A stretch of 64,000 nucleotides of DNA from the NCBI RefSeq assembly GCF_963921235.1, contig NC_086108.1, forward strand, positions 32,118,001-32,182,000, written 5' to 3'. The notes beneath the pieces were generated by a model that saw nothing but the letters and a program-made list of their open reading frames with translations, was not told the DNA's origin and searched no databases. How positions within the stretch are numbered: position 1 is the stretch's first letter; each line of letters begins with the position of its first letter. Of the stretch, positions 62,422 to 64,000 are shown piece by piece. The position numbers and the translations under genes are program-made. This DNA comes from Mobula hypostoma (taxonomy: Eukaryota).

Positions 62422-62564
62422 AGCAACAGAGCTTTGGTTCTCAAGGCAGGGTCATCACACTGGGAGTTTTTAAACTCTTCTACCTCCTTTTCTAAATTTG
62501 TTAACTGTCTCTGAAGCTTTTCTCGCAGCACTGGAAGAGTCTTCCGAATGTGGTTTGTCAGTTG
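62422..62564 (-). CDS. DNM3: Classical dynamin, coding exon equivalent to exon 7 ([47 protein letters not shown])
   Basis: Manual translation matches dynamin QLTNHIR..LP..R.KLQ..L...EKEVEE...DDP..TKALL. AG acceptor at 62566-62565, GT donor at 62421-62420, length 143 bp as in vertebrate dynamins. Family is certain; the DNM3 paralogue call is tentative. Confidence 0.93.
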
Positions 62565-64000
62565 CTGTTAAAAAAAAATGTGAATGGTATAACATTAAAA
62601 AGAAAATCAACCCTATTAAACATGAACAAATTATAACAGACATAAATGAAGTGGAAAGGCAATAAATTTATTGCTCTTCCATTGGAATTTTAGAACAACC
62701 ATGAAATTCACGATAATGAAATTGAAGATGAAAAGGTTAAGCAAATATATAATTGTTTAACGTGGTCACAAAATTAAACACTGATAATGATAATGAAACT
62801 GATAATGAAATCACATAATGATTTAAAATACACTTTTCATCTTTCTGGAACATTCAGGCCAAATTAATCAGATAATAGCCGACAATATTTTTAACAAGTC
62901 TGAGTGAAATGAGAATTCAATGCAAAATGTAGAAAATTCCAGAAATCTAAAATAAAACGACAAAAACAAATGCTGCATATACTTTTGGAAATTACAGGTA
63001 GGTTAATGCTAAATATTAAAAGGAAAATCAGATATATCATAAACATTCATATCAGAAACATCAAAGGTTTCTAAATTACCATTAAAGGAAATTTAACATC
63101 AAGTCCCCGCTCCAAGACCCAATGGTTCACAATTTGCTACAAAGTCAGGTTGATAAAAACAGATGAAAATAATGCTGAATTGCAACATCTACTCAACTAG
63201 CAAAGAGCTCACTGAACATGGTAAGATACATCACATCAACAAAAGAAATTGGCAACCTGGATTTGAAGCAGATCTCAAATGTCACACACAGGTAATGGAA
63301 AGATAGGGCATAAGACAGTTTTAATACTAGCAAATAGAAAACATACAAGTTCTTGAAGTTTCCTTGAAGAAAGATTAAGTATCCTCAAACAGAAATCTCT
63401 CGTCTGTGAATTTTCAAAATGCTCATTCGGTAACGCACTAAGCACCTCAGATCTTTGAGACATAAGCATATAGAGGATACACACAAACGACAAAAGGAGC
63501 ACACAATATTCCAAACAACCTCCTACCTGCCCTGTACATCACCACTTCCAATGGCTCTTCAGCCTCCTTCAATCTCAGAGATCTAGAGTGGAAGCAAGCT
63601 ATCCTCGAGCTCAGGGGACTGCCTAAGAAGAAAACTACTTTTAAGTAAAATAAACCATTGTGCGGAAATTATAAAGGTATTGCCTCCCCAGAGAACCAAG
63701 GAAACAAAATTCACTGGTACTCTTCTGACCCAATCACCTTCATGCTGCTGAACAAATAAAGCTGGAATATCAGTGTTGATTCAGAAAGCACACAGGAGAA
63801 GTCACGTTCAATGTCTAGTAGATCCAAGAACAATGTTGGAAATAACATCAGAAACTCTACATGAGTTTCAGGGACTTGATAAAAGTCCAGAGTCCATAAA
63901 TGACAAAGCTTTGTGAAAGGCGCTGGCCGTATTGGACAACCCTACAAAATGCATACATGAACTGAAGCTTCTGCATGACCAGATCACTTCCAGCATTTCT

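Noticed and set aside
62775..62825. Short (GATAAT/GAAACT) tandem duplication
   Set aside because: Ordinary slippage repeat with no supporting structure.

Overview
Eukaryotic, repeat-saturated vertebrate DNA. The repeat families suggest a cartilaginous fish (ray or shark); this is inference. The window lies wholly inside a large minus-strand classical dynamin gene. Six coding exons of 143, 136, 68, 139, 87 and 71 bp correspond to dynamin exons 7-12 (end of the GTPase domain/BSE and the stalk). The best guess is a divergent DNM3-like paralogue, with a GC-AG intron after exon 9 and a 39.3-kb intron 10. The introns hold many decayed CR1 and Rex/Babar-L2-type LINEs, a full-length L1/Tx1-type LINE with a TSD, and a 5'-inverted RTE LINE with its likely partner tRNA-SINE. 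They also hold a decayed Gypsy LTR element, Tc1 and Tigger transposons, and hAT MITEs. The most notable system is a very young Penelope-like element (RT + GIY-YIG, broken by one CGA>TGA change) whose 3' end contains a minimal type-I hammerhead ribozyme. About ten short non-coding derivatives carry the same ribozyme module as solo, inverted and head-to-tail insertions, several with target-site duplications, resembling retrozymes.
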